From: Cetorhinus maximus | Lineage: Eukaryota | Assembly (NCBI RefSeq): GCF_964194155.1 | Contig: NC_135884.1 | Span: 57,908,001 to 57,972,000 of the forward strand | DNA: 64,000 nucleotides | Reading direction: 5' to 3' | Shown: piece after piece, positions 52,163 through 64,000 of the stretch | Layout: each line of letters begins with the position of its first letter | Numbering within the stretch: position 1 is the first letter of the stretch | The notes under the pieces: model-generated | What the model was told of the DNA's origin: nothing | What the model saw: only the letters and a program-made list of their open reading frames with translations | The model's database searches: none | Translations under genes and position numbers: made by a program

Positions 52163-55100
52163 AACTGGCAACGCGGACAAAGCAGGAAAAAAGCGAGAAA
52201 AAAGTGAAGATACAGTAAACTGTTTCGAGAATAAGACAAGCTAACAAAGGAAATCAAGAGAAATAAAACCAGGCTGTACCTTGCACGGTAATTGTAAGTA
52301 GAATTTCTGGCCTAATCATTGAAGCAGTCCCCTCACAGAATGCCGCAATTCAGAAGAATTGACCTTTCGATCCAGCCACGGACAATTGCTCTCATTATAT
52401 TGAATGCCTCACATTCTTTTTCCAAGTGAACAACATTGCCGGGGAAGAGAAGAGGTCAGCAATCCTTTAATCTACATGTGGGAGTAAAGCCTATGCCTTG
52501 ATTCGAAGTTTGACAGCTCCCAGTGCCCCAGATTCGAAAAGTTTTGATGACTTGGTGCACCTCGTAAAGGATTGTTCCCAGCCAAAGCCCTCAGTAACGA
52601 TGCAACATTTCAAATTATACTCAAGAAATAGAGCCCCTGGGGAGACAGTTGTTATGTGGCAAGTTTGAAACAGTTAACAGAACATTGCGAGTGTGGTACA
52701 TCTTTAAATGACATGCTTAGAGACCGTTTAGTGTGTGGTGTGAATGAGGACACGATTCAGAAGAAATCACTGTCTGAAACAAATTTGGATTTTAAGAAGG
52801 TGCTAGAATAGCAGTGGCCATGGAAAGCACAGCAAGAAATTCAAAAGCTACATAAGGAGCGCAAAATGGGGCCATCCTCCACATTGGGCGGAAGCCCAGC
52901 TAAAAAGGGCGCGAAAATGCAAGACTCTGCCAAGAAGCGGGAAACAGCCACCGCTAGCAGACAAATAAAAAGAAATGATATAGCAGTAAAAGCAAGGAAT
53001 AATTGCAACAGAGGAGGAAACAGACAACCTTACAATGATTGGCAGTTTAAAAAATTGAATGCTTTTATTGTCATCGAAACGGACACCTAATGAGACAGTG
53101 CAAGAAGAGAATCAGGCAGACTTTCAAACAAAAGAAAAATCCCCATGAGATCAACAATGTAGAAGAGCCTGAAGTGGCAAATTCAGATATTTATTCATTA
53201 TTTAATTTGAAGGTTACAAAGACAGAACCAATATCTGTAACAGTGAAGGTAAATGGCTGACCTATAAGAATGAAAGTGGACACAGGAGCTTCCACTACTG
53301 CGATTGTTGAACCTTCAAATTTGTGAATTATGGTGAATATAAATTAAATTTGGAAGAAATGGATTCCAAATTAAAAACTTACACGGGTGAAGACATCCAA
53401 GTCAAAGGCACAAGCAGAATTACAGAAGCCAATTGGTAAAACTATCCTTGAAGGTGGGAGCAGGTGAGGGGCCAAGTCTCCTTGGACGAAACTGGCTAAA
53501 GGAGATTAAGTTAGAATGGGCTGAAATTTTCCAGCTGCGAGCAAGTGGGTTACCAGAGCTACTCCAAAAATACATCTCAGTCTTCAAGGACGAACTTGGG
53601 AAGACCCAGGGGTTGCAAGCAATAATTTATGTGGATCCAGAGGCAACCCCCCAATTCATGAAGGCAAGACCAGTATCTTATGCACTTCGGGAGAAGGTTG
53701 ACAATGAACTGGACAGATTAAAGAAATAGGGCGTTATACAATCTGTGCAGTTCTCAGAATGGGCAGTACCAATTGTCCTCATCCTTAAACCTGACCAAAG
53801 TGTTCAAATTTGTTGAGACTACAAATTGACAGTTAATAAAGTGGCTGAGCTAGACAGACACCCCATACCAAAAATTCAAGACCGAAATGCTAAGGTGGCA
53901 GGTGGAACCACCTATGTGAAGCATGATTTGAGTCATGCTTATCAACAGTTAGAGTTAGAGAAGGCCTCCCAGGAATTTGTCACAATTAATACACACAAAG
54001 GGTTGTTTGCCTATTTGCCTTGCAGAGTCTCCTCAGCTTGTGCCATTTTCCAGAGAACAGTGGAAAGTTTACTGCAGGAACTGCTCCACTTTGTAGTTTA
54101 TTTACTTGATGTTCTGATGACAGGACTCACTGAAAAGGAGCATTTGGTCAACTTAGAAGAAGTCTTAACACATTTCTTGCAGGCTGGAGTGCATTTAAAA
54201 AAAAGAAAATCGCACATTCCAAGCGAGAGAGGTAATCTATTTGGGTCACCGGGTACATTCACAGGGCCTCCACCCAGTTGAGGAGAAAGTGAGAGCCATA
54301 AGAGAGGCATCTGCGCCAAAGAACACCTCTGAGCTCAAATCATCCCTAAGAATGATCAACAATTATAGGCATTTCTTACCGAATTTGTCTACAGAACTGG
54401 CATCCTTGCATTATCTACACAAGAAGAACCAATGCTGGTCTTGGGAGGCAACACAGAAGGAAGCTTTCATAAAGTTAAAAAAATTGTTGCACTCATCCAA
54501 CCTATTACCAGGGGAAAGAACTGGTGTTGACATGTGACGCATCTCCCTATGGAGTGGGAGCAGCACTCTCCCATTGAATGGACGATGGTACGGAACGGCT
54601 TATTTATAGGATATGTACAAGAACGCTCACCACAGTGGAAAAGATATACTTCTCAGATAGAAAAAGAAGGCCTGTCAATCATCTTTGGTGTCAAGAAATT
54701 TCACCAGTATGTACATGGGCTGTCATTTTACTATCACTTCAGACAACAAGCTATTGCTAGGATTGTTCAGCGAGAATAAGGCTATATCACCCATAGCCTC
54801 AGCAAGAATACAATGATGGGCGTTGATCCTGGCAGTCTACGACTATGCTTTCGTCAATAGGCCTGGAAATCAAATTGCAAATGCTGATGCACTGAGTCAT
54901 TTGTCCTTACAAGAAAAAGATGAGGATGTCCCAGTCCCACAAGAACTAGTTTTATTGTTGAATTTCTTAGATTCATCTCCAGTATGTGCTCGACAGATCA
55001 TAGACTGGACAAGTCGAGACCCAGTCTTATCCAAAGTACAAGAGCAAGTGCTTCATGGTTGATCACAACAGCATGAGACTGATGAAATGAAACCGTACTT

Positions 55101-56387
55101 TAACAGAAGACATGAAATAACCAGCCAGGATGGTATCTTATTGTGGGGAGCATGAGTGATTGTTCATCCAAAAGGAAGAAAGCCATTGATAATTGAACTA
55201 GATAGTGCACATCTAGGAATTTCCTGAATGAAGACCATAGCATGCAGCTATCTATTGTGGCCTGGGATGAATGGAGAAATAGAGAGCTTAGTGAAGAATT
55301 GTGCACACTGTCAGCAAGTGTAAAAGTTACCTTCAACAGCTCCGTTACACCCTTGGGAGTGGCCAGAAAAACCATGGGTACGATCACACATTGACTATGT
55401 GGGACCTTTCATGGGAACAATGTTTCTGCTCATTGTTGATGCCCATTCAAAATGGATGGACATATATGAGGTGAAGTCACCAATGTCTTCTGCTACAATT
55501 GAGAGGCTACATCAAAGATTTGCCATTCATGGGTTATCAGAAGTGGCCATATCTGATAATGGCATGGCATTTTCGAGTGCTGAGTTTCAGTGGTTTATCA
55601 GCCTCAATGGTATCACTCATGTAAAAACTTCACCGTACCACCCTTCTGCAAATGGACTGGCCGAAAGAGCGGTTCCATCATTCAAGGCTGGCATGAAGAA
55701 ATTAACTGGAGATTCCAGGGCAACCAAGCTAGCACGCTTTCTTTTCCATTACTGGATTACCCCACACACAACAGGTGTCACACATGCAGAATTATTGATG
55801 AAACGCTGTCTGAGGACGAGATTGAGCTTAATAATGCCGAATTTAGGGGGGGGATGGTGGAAAAGAGTCAGGGAAGTCAGTAAAGTAGACAGGATTGGCA
55901 TAGTCATGACAGGAAGTTTACCGTAGGAGAGACGGTATATGTGAAGAACTTTGGAGAAGGACTAAAGTGGTTATTGGGTGAAATAAGTGCAGTGACTGGA
56001 CCTCTATCATACAGAGACATGTGGATCATCTAAGGAAGAAAGAAACAAATCCCCAGGAAATTATTCCACCACTGTTCATGACCAAGTCAATGTTTCCTGT
56101 TGAGAGACCTCAACCTAGTACAGATGTGTCAGATGTGTCTGTTGTACCTGCAAGAGTTGAGGAAACAGATTTGCAGGTGCCCGCTGAAGAACCTGATGTT
56201 CAGACAATTGCAGAAAAGGAGCTCCCTGACAAAGCATCTGAAGTTGTAGAACTGAGATGTTCTACACATATAAGGAAACCCCCAGAAAGACTGAATTTGT
56301 AAATCACTTATCTGTGTAAATAATTTGATATTTTGAGAAAATTGCACTTGTAAATGTAAAATGTGTTTCTGAGTAAAGGGGGAGGGA

Positions 56388-56706
56388 TGTGGTAATTATG
56401 GTTTTATGTAATGTGTTTAAGAAGGATGTTATAAACGCAGATCACATGACCTTATGTAACCAATAGAGGAGTAGCGTGTGCTACCTCTGTAGTCAGTAAT
56501 CTGAGTTTGTAGGGAGGAGTATAGAGACAGGGTTTGAGTTGAAAGCAAGCAAGTATAGCTGCTAAGTGCCTTTGTAAATATACAGAACGTGTTCCTCCTA
56601 AGAATTGTCTGCTGATCAACTCTCTATTGTACCAACTTGGCAATCCCAAAACAAGTGTGCAACCTGAATCCATAATTCCCAACAAACGGGTGACCAGGAT
56701 GCAACA
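56388..56706 (+). repeat. 3' LTR
   Basis: Preceded by PPT aaagggggaggga, followed by TSD aattg. Confidence 0.93.
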
Positions 56707-57499
56707 AATTGCCACTTGGGTAAGACACTGGAGGAGTACAATTGTGTCCATCAGACTGTTGTCCAGCCAATGTTCGAATTCCGAAAAAAGGGAGAAACCC
56801 ATGTAGAGAATATATGAATTCTGGTGGTGTTACAATCGGACCCATAGGTGTGTCTCCTGGGTTAATGCTGCAGGTCAGTCCGAGTACAGTAATCTGTGCT
56901 GGATAACCGTACAACAGAAAATTTATTTCCAGATGTTACTGCATGAACAAGAGATCTGCCATCGATTCAGCATTTATAAAAGCTCATAAGTGATCAGCAC
57001 AGATCTAACATCAAATGGTGTAATTCGGAATGAGTATTGATCGCAGATCATTGAAACACTCATAATTTGTTTGTTAAATTGTGGAAGTGATTACTTGTGT
57101 TCGGAAGTGATCATTAGGTATAATAGGCATTAAGTGTGATCATTAGGCATTAAAGCAATCAGCATGGTATCAGTGCAGCTTCCTACATGTTATGATGGAA
57201 AAAATAAACAAATCTTACCACTTATTTTCAAAATTTTTCCCAAGAACTTCCCTCACCTGTTCCATTTTTGTTGGTATGTTACCTCCTCCTGATCATTCTC
57301 CGGTGCTTCTGCTGTGCCAACTCCACCAGGGTCACCAACTCTGGGGAAAAACAAGGGACGTTTCACCAAGGGGGGTTTGGGGGGCTAAAAAAATAGTCAA
57401 CAATTTAAGTAGCAAAATAAATGCGGCACATTGAGATGTAACAGTGCAGTGGAATTAAATTTAAAAGTAAATAATGAAATAAGAAAGCCAGCAACTCAT

Positions 57500-57686
57500 C
57501 AAGACTCCTCGATAGAACCTTCCAAACCCGTGACCTCTATCACCTCAAAGGACAAGGGCAGCAGACCCATGGGAACACCACCACCTGCAAGTTTCTCTCC
57601 AAGCCACACACCATCCTTACTTGCAACTATATCACTGTTCCTTCACTGTCGCTGGGTCAAAATCCTGTTACTCACTTCCTAACAGC
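57500..57686 (+). mobile_element. CR1-group LINE fragment
   Basis: Sense-strand match to the reverse complement of 16240-16430. Confidence 0.8.
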
Positions 57687-57905
57687 CCCCCGTCTACTTG
57701 GCCGCAGTATTCGAGTCCCTGATCGCTGAGATCCAGGAGCTGGCAGGTGCCAGTGGTGCAGGTCATCCTCCACCACCTGCAGCTCACCATCAGCAATGAC
57801 AAGAAGCTCAGCAAGCTGCCGGGGGGAATCACCATAGCCCAGGGTGGGGTCTTCGCCAACATCCAGGCCATGCCCAAGAAAACTGGACATCCCAGCAAGG
57901 TTTAT
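57685..57905 (+). pseudogene. H2A: Histone H2A pseudogene fragment (C-terminal two-thirds)
   Basis: Manual translation [20 protein letters not shown]...[44 protein letters not shown] aligns to H2A [20 protein letters not shown]...[40 protein letters not shown]; has deletions and a frameshift. Confidence 0.92.
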
Positions 57906-58324
57906 GCCTGAAGGGGAAAGATTAAAGAAAGGTAAAAACATAATATGAATTTAAAAATTTTAAAGAGATAAATATACTACCCAATGCATGGCTAAAAACC
58001 ACAATCTTGCAGTACACCTACCCCCAACACCCCACCCCACTTCAGTTCTTCCCGGATCCCACTTCCCCTGCCATATCGGCAATACCCAGCACCCAGCTCT
58101 GATGGTTCAGAATCTTCCCTCCTGCTTAGGCCTGTCTCAAATGTACCTACATGGGACTGTGTGCCAGCCTCCACCCCAGTCTCGGGCAAACCCCCAACTC
58201 CGCCTCAAACCTCGGGCCTACATGGTCCACCCTCAAGCCTCAGCCCTCTGTCCCCACTCCTCAAGCCCCTTTCTTCAACAGCGGCTCCCCACTCCCCTCC
58301 AGTCTTGCTCTCCCCCCTAACCCC

Positions 58325-58550
58325 AGCCTCTCTCTCCTGCCCCCTTCCCCAGCCCCCCTCTCTGACCCCCTCTCTGTCTCTCTCCCTCAGCTTCTCTCCC
58401 TCTGACTCTGTCCCTGTCTCTCTGTCCCTATCTCTCTCTCTCTCTCTCTCAGTCTCTCTCTCTCTCTCTCTCTCTCCCTCTCTCAGTCTCTCTATCTCTG
58501 TGTGTCTCTCTCTCTCCCTCTCCCTCTCTCTCTGTGTCTTTCTCTCTCTC
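58325..58550 (+). repeat. (CT)n-rich microsatellite / pyrimidine tract
   Basis: Read directly from sequence. Confidence 0.9.
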
Positions 58551-58609
58551 AGTTTTCACAGTCCAAAACTTACCTTGCTCTTGGTCCCACACAGGCTGCA
58601 TGTGTTGAA

Positions 58610-59130
58610 CAGGGGAATGGGGGTGTAGGAGGTGGGGGGGTTAAGGTGGGTGGGGGTAGGAGGTGGTGTGGGGTTGGAGGCTAGGAGGCGATTAAAGGGT
58701 AGAAGAGGGCTGGGGGGAGGAGGCGGTGATAGGGGTGGGAGAGGGTAGGATGGAGGTTGGGGATAGGGAGGTTGGCCGGTAGGAGGCAGGGGTAGAGAGT
58801 AGGGTGTGGGGGGTGTAGGACAGGGTGCGGGGATTGGGGGGCTTTAGGAAGGGGATGGGGGAGATGGGTATTGGGGCATTGGGGGTAGAGGGCAGGGTGT
58901 AGCAGGGTGGGGGGAGTGGGCTGGATGTGGTATTCAGTAGGGGATGGGCACTTGGTGGAGTGGGTGGCTAGGTGGGGTATGGAGTATGGGGTAGGACATG
59001 TGTGGTTATGAGGGTAGAAGGAGTAGGAGGTTGGGGTTAGGAGGTGTGGGTGTGTTGGATGTAGAGGGAATGGGGGATAGGAGATGAGGGGATGGGTAGT
59101 CAGGTGGTCAGTGGGGGGATAGGGGAGGTA
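58610..59130 (+). repeat. G-rich low-complexity tract
   Basis: Dense GGG(G) runs. Confidence 0.85.
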
Positions 59131-60054
59131 TTTCATAGGTTTGGTGGGTTCATTTCCATGACACCAGATATTGGGAGGAAGATGTGTAGAGGCCAATACA
59201 TAATAATTGCTAGCACCTGTACTTAAACCACAATTGCAGGGACATATACATTTCTATCTGTGAGCATTTAAACAGCCCTAAGGTACTTGCTGTGAGTACA
59301 GTTGAAGCTAGCTGAGAACTGATTGGGCATCATTCCATGTCAGTTGAACACCAATGATGTCAGCTGAATGCATGAAGGCAAATAAATGTTTGCAAGTGAT
59401 GTAGCTTGAATGCTGTATGAATTCATTTCAGGCCAGTGATTTCATTTGATCACGTTCAAATGTCCAATGACGACTGAAAAATCACTTCGGAATGCAGAGT
59501 ATAGCACCCGAGTGCAAGTTAGCACTGTTGGGTGCAGAATTCTGTCAAAGTTATCAGGTAGGGCATGTGGAGAATATATAAATTCTGGTAGTTTTACAAC
59601 CAGACCCATAGCTGTGTCTCCTGGGTTAACGAACCCCACAACAGAGCATTTGTTTCCACATGTCACTGCATGAACAAGAGATCAGATTGCTGCCTGCCTT
59701 TTAATGAGGCCAGAATTCAACCTTAAATATTTATATTTGATGTAAAACAAGACATGAAAGATGGGACTCCAGTTGACTGAAGGATTAATATATGCTCATG
59801 CATTATTTATACTGATAATTCATCTCTTTTGATTTGGTATGGAGAAGCAGCATGCAGATTTCCATGTTATGATTAAATATGGCTTAAATATGGCTATAAT
59901 GAAATTTGAAGCAGTTTTAAAGATACAGTCACTTAAATAGGCAGTACCTCCTTTTAGGAGTGACAAGGGGAACAAAGCTGATGGAACTGGATGATGGTAA
60001 GATCTTGCTGGGACTGCTCCCAGCCTGGTTAAGGTTAGCTTCACTTTTAAAAGT

Positions 60055-60410
60055 TTTTTTTTGTTCATTCACAGGATGTGGACATCACTGGCAAGGCCAG
60101 CATTTAATGTCCACCTCTGGTTGCCTTTAACTGTGAGGCTTGCCAGGCGATTTCAGAGGGTAGTTAAGAGTTTATATTGGCCAGACCAGCAGCTTTTCTT
60201 CCCTGAGGGACATTAGTGAATCAGGTAGGTACTCAATAACTATCTGCTTAAATGGCCACCATTACTGATACTGCAATTTTATTCCAGGTTTATCTATTAA
60301 CCGAATTTAAATACCAAAGCTGCCCATGGTGAATCCAAATGCATATCCCCAGGTCATATATCCAGGTCTCTGGATTACTAGTCTAGTAACATAACTCCTA
60401 TGCTACTGTT
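60055..60410 (-). mobile_element. tRNA-derived SINE with CR1-group tail
   Basis: Reverse-complement similarity to 45440-45620 and 46050-46252. Confidence 0.65.
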
Positions 60411-60621
60411 TGATTAGCTCAGTTGGCTGGACGGATGGTTTGTGATGCAGAGTGACGCCAACAGTACAGATTCAATTCCCGTACCGGCTGAGGTCATCTG
60501 AGAAGGCCCTGCCTTCTCAACCTCGGCCCTAGCCTGAAGTGTGGTGATCCTCACGTTAAACTCACCACCAGTCATCTCTTTCTAATGAGAGAGTGGCCCT
60601 CTGGGACTACGGTGACTTTCA
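60411..60621 (+). mobile_element. Short tRNA-derived SINE with 13-bp TSD
   Basis: A box tagctcagttgg; B-box-like gattcaattcc; TSD ctatgctactgtt (60398-60410, 60622-60634). Confidence 0.8.
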
Positions 60622-60789
60622 CTATGCTACTGTTCCAATTAAGCTCCATTGTTAGAAAGGGATTAATTGACAGCTATATCTAGTCAAGTTGTGCTTCCAG
60701 TTGCAATAACAGGTAGGAAGAGCAGTGATGATTGTAGTCAGCAACAGTCCCTCAATTTCTGCTCTTCCTGTAAATTTGTATTTAAATAA

Positions 60790-61130
60790 TAAGTTTACCT
60801 ATCCCTAGTTGCCCTGAAAGGGTGGCAGTGGGCTTTCTGCTTGAACCACTGTAAAGGTTTGATACAAATGAGTGGCTTGCCAGGCCACTTCAGAGAACAG
60901 TTAAATATCAACCACATTGGGCTGGATGGGAGTACACATATAGGCAAGGTCCAATAAGACTTTGCTTCCTTGAAGGGCATTCATTTGTTTTGACAATCCC
61001 ACAGCATTATGATCACTTTTACTGATACCAGCTTTTTATTTCAAAATTTAAAAAAACTGAATTCAAGTTTTCAAACTGCCACAGTGGGATTTTAACTCAC
61101 GCTCTTGAACATAACCACTGCACGACTATA
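60790..61130 (-). mobile_element. Decayed SINE, same family as 60055-60410
   Basis: Shared motifs (ttcagag..cagttaa, tactgatac..tttatt). Confidence 0.55.
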
Positions 61131-61329
61131 CCCACAATAAAGGCAGTGGCAAGCTGGGGGATTTCTAATTTGTCGTCATTATTCCATCCCACACAAGGTC
61201 TCCTGGTAGCATATCCAGGTCCACTTGGCATAAACTAATGGATAGTGTGCTGAGGGACATTACTGATCAGGTAGCATTGCATTTGTACATTAATGGATCT
61301 TCCATGGTACTACTCACGATAAGCAAGAG

Positions 61330-62450
61330 GATCATTTGTTTAAGAGAAGAGATTGTAAATATTCGGGAGTGGGTGTGGGGGCCATTAAGTGGCTAAGGAA
61401 GTGAGCAGTGGTGTGAGATGGAGCGGTGAGGTGTGGAGAGTAACAAATAGCTGGGCTAGTAGAGTAGTGAGGGTTTGAAAGTTAGTGGGCACTTGGAGTG
61501 AAGGACTGAATATTAAAGGGGTAGGAAGTGGCAGCCAGGGGCCTACTTGGATGTAAAGAGCATTGCAGGCAATAACTACTTGAGATGGGAGGCGCGTGGC
61601 AGTGAGAATTCAGTTGAGCAAGTGAACATTTGAAGGCTCATGAGTAATGGGGAAAGAAGTAGTATTTTGAGGGAGGATAACGGATAAACAGGAGTGAATA
61701 TTTAAAGGAACGGATATTGGGCAGTGGGCAGTTGGGAATGTGAGTGAGCAGGTAGAAGGGTGGGCAGGCAAGTGAACAGGTAGAAGCAGAGAGTAGGTTT
61801 GGGGAGAGCAGGGTGTTTGAACTGGACACAGTAAAGAAGAGCAGCTAAGGACAGTCAATAGGCCGCAGCAGATTTAACAAGGACAAAGAGGAGATGCAGC
61901 TGGACAGTGGAAACTCGGAGTGAGGTAGTGAATAATAGAGGGTCGGGGTGCAGCAGTAGATGACATTGTAAGGTTGATGACAGGTAATGAGGGGAGGCCT
62001 GGAATTGAGAATGGATAGGACTCAATTAGAAAAGGTATGTGGGAGAAAGAGTATACTAAGTTATGGAACTGTGATAAATTCAACATTAGCTGTGGAGGTG
62101 CAGAGGAGAGAGTGGAAAATGCAAGGTGCAGCAAAATGGGATGCAGTGGCAGTGAGAAGGTAGGTCGAGGGATATGGTGGAATATAGCTAAGGAAGGGGG
62201 TTACAGCACAGTGGCCAAGTGTTAGGAAGCAGCGGATGAAGGAAGATGCAGTTCAATAGGAGAAACATGCAACTGCGTTGTTGAGAGGGAGGTTGTGGGA
62301 GACTAGTGTGTTTACATAGTCAGGAGAGAAATCAGGATTGGACAGAGGCTTTAGAAATCAAGGTCTAGAGGGGGCAGGCAAGCCAAGGTCATGGTCAGGA
62401 GCAACGAGAGTGGGAATAATGAATAATAGAGCATTAGTCATACTCAGTGC
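61330..62450 (-). mobile_element. Highly decayed L2-like LINE (possibly endonuclease region)
   Basis: Purine-rich plus strand like the L2 at 47600-48280; only weak motif traces. Confidence 0.35.
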
Positions 62451-62964
62451 AAAATTCAGATGTGAAGAACCCATTTATTTTGGCACTATGAGTGGCCTTA
62501 ATGTCCAAAATATTATTTGAGATGCACATGCACACCTTTGGTGCAAGATGCACAGAACACAGTGTTAATGAAGGTGATAGTGACATGTGCAGTTAGTGCC
62601 CACTAGAAATATGCAAAGTGGGCAGATCACAACATCAATCAGTGTGCAACACTAATTTGAAAACAGTGCTGCAATTTTGCAGCTTAACACTGCATCTTTT
62701 AATCACACTCGGCTGAACATGTAACCAACAGCTAGAACAATTCCCCACCAGCACTATTGAAAGGGATCATCAACTACTTTCAGGTAAGTTGATGATTGGT
62801 TTCTACTGGCAGTTGCTCCAATTGTACAACTGTTTGGTGTTCTCTAGAGTGTTTTAAGTTGCTAAAATCTACAGGGAGTGTTGTGGAAGGTACTGATGGA
62901 GTTGGTCCTGACTTCAAAGCTTCTGCACAAACTAGAAGTGGGTGCAGTAGTATGCATTTCCCTT

Positions 62965-64000
62965 GAAATGCAACAAGACTTGGAGAATGAGCAGAGGTGA
63001 CACAGAGCAGGCCAAGCTGCTAGAAGAGGAAGGAGGAGGTGGGGAAAAGCTCTCAGCAGAAGAACATATCCATCCATGTTGTTCATGGATTTCTTACCTG
63101 AACCTCAGCAAGAAAAATGTGTCAAACCACTGTGCTTCAGTAAGGTCATCCTCACTGAAATCTACCAACTCCTGCAACCACAACTATTGCCTCAAGAGCA
63201 GGACAAGGACAAGATTGCCAGTGGCTGTGAAGGTGACCATGATCATGCATTTTTAAGTTTTGGGTTCCTTCCAGACTGCAGCTAGAGATATTTGCAGCAT
63301 CTCACAGATTGCTGTCAAATGTTGCCTAAGGGAGGTCACTGGCATGGTCTCTTCATTGGGAGGCGATTACATTTCATTCTTTCTTACCAGATTAGTGAGC
63401 AGAGCAGACATTCATCTTAGAAAGGATTGAAGACATCCCCATGGTGCAGGATGCCATTGAGTGCATGCGTCTTGTTTTGCAGTCACTACATCAACTGTGA
63501 GATGTACCACAAAATGAAAAGCTATCAACTCCCTCAAACTCCAGCTGGTGTCTGATCATATAAAGTGAGTTATGCAGGTCAATGCCTGATGTCCTGGCAG
63601 TAGTCATGATGCCTTCTTTCTGAAGTAGCCTGTTGCATTGTGTAGATTTGAGACAAATGGCAAACCAAAGGGCGACAAGGGCTATCCGCTGATGATATGG
63701 CGGATGATTCTTCTGCGCAACCCACGCACATTTGCACAGCTTGCAGACAATAAACATCATGCTGCCACAGAAAATCTGATACAGCAGACCATTGGCATGC
63801 TGAAACATCACTTCCATTGACTGAATAACTCTGGACGAACCCTGCAGTATTTGTCAAGATTTGTGGTGGTCTGCTGCACAGCTTCTTCATCATGAGGCAC
63901 AAACCTTTCACCAGCGATAGGGCAGGAAACTGAGGAGAAGGAGCCATGAGGAAGAGGAGGAGAAAGGAACCAGGCAACCTAGACAGCCCACTTCTGCCCA
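62965..64000 (+). pseudogene. HARBI1-like Harbinger DDE transposase remnant
   Basis: Across frames: SYLNLS, LPVAVKVT, GSFQ, PMVQDAIEC (GAIDC), PGSSHDAF, GDKGYPL, HAATENLIQQTIGMLK; multiple disruptions; may continue past the window end. Confidence 0.9.

Larger units (their letters stand above)
51833..56706 (+). mobile_element. Full-length decayed Ty3/Gypsy LTR retrotransposon (gag-PR-RT-RH-INT)
   Basis: LTRs 51833-52162 and 56388-56706; 5-bp TSD AATTG; PPT 56375-56387; protease MKVDTGAS (~53270); RT 53826-54281; RNase H ~54530-54900; integrase 55399-55926; many stops and frameshifts; pol related to 39271-42950. Confidence 0.96.

Noticed and set aside
57988-59196. Pro/Ser/Leu-rich ORFs
   Set aside because: Low-complexity C- and G-rich tracts that lack stop codons.
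60413-60490. tRNA gene
   Set aside because: No proper cloverleaf; continues into a SINE body flanked by a TSD.

Overview
Repeat-dominated, AT-rich vertebrate genomic DNA. The repeat inventory (CR1-type LINEs with ACATAGAA tails, L2 LINEs, DeuSINE-like elements, Penelope-type hairpins) suggests a cartilaginous fish such as a shark; this is an inference. I found no intact host protein-coding gene. The window holds four decayed Ty3/Gypsy LTR retrotransposons: two copies of a Gmr1-like family with integrase upstream of RT, and two conventional-order elements, one complete with both LTRs and a 5-bp TSD. It also holds several PIF/Harbinger elements (non-autonomous copies with 3-bp TSDs, a spliced Myb/SANT gene remnant, a HARBI1-like transposase remnant), many LINE/SINE fragments, a ~5.5 kb 39-bp minisatellite split by one Gmr1-like insertion, Penelope-type elements with decayed hammerhead motifs, and a histone H2A pseudogene fused to a LINE fragment. 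Nearly all listed ORFs are transposon debris or repeat artefacts. I cannot support a wholly new biological system; the findings are structural oddities worth checking.
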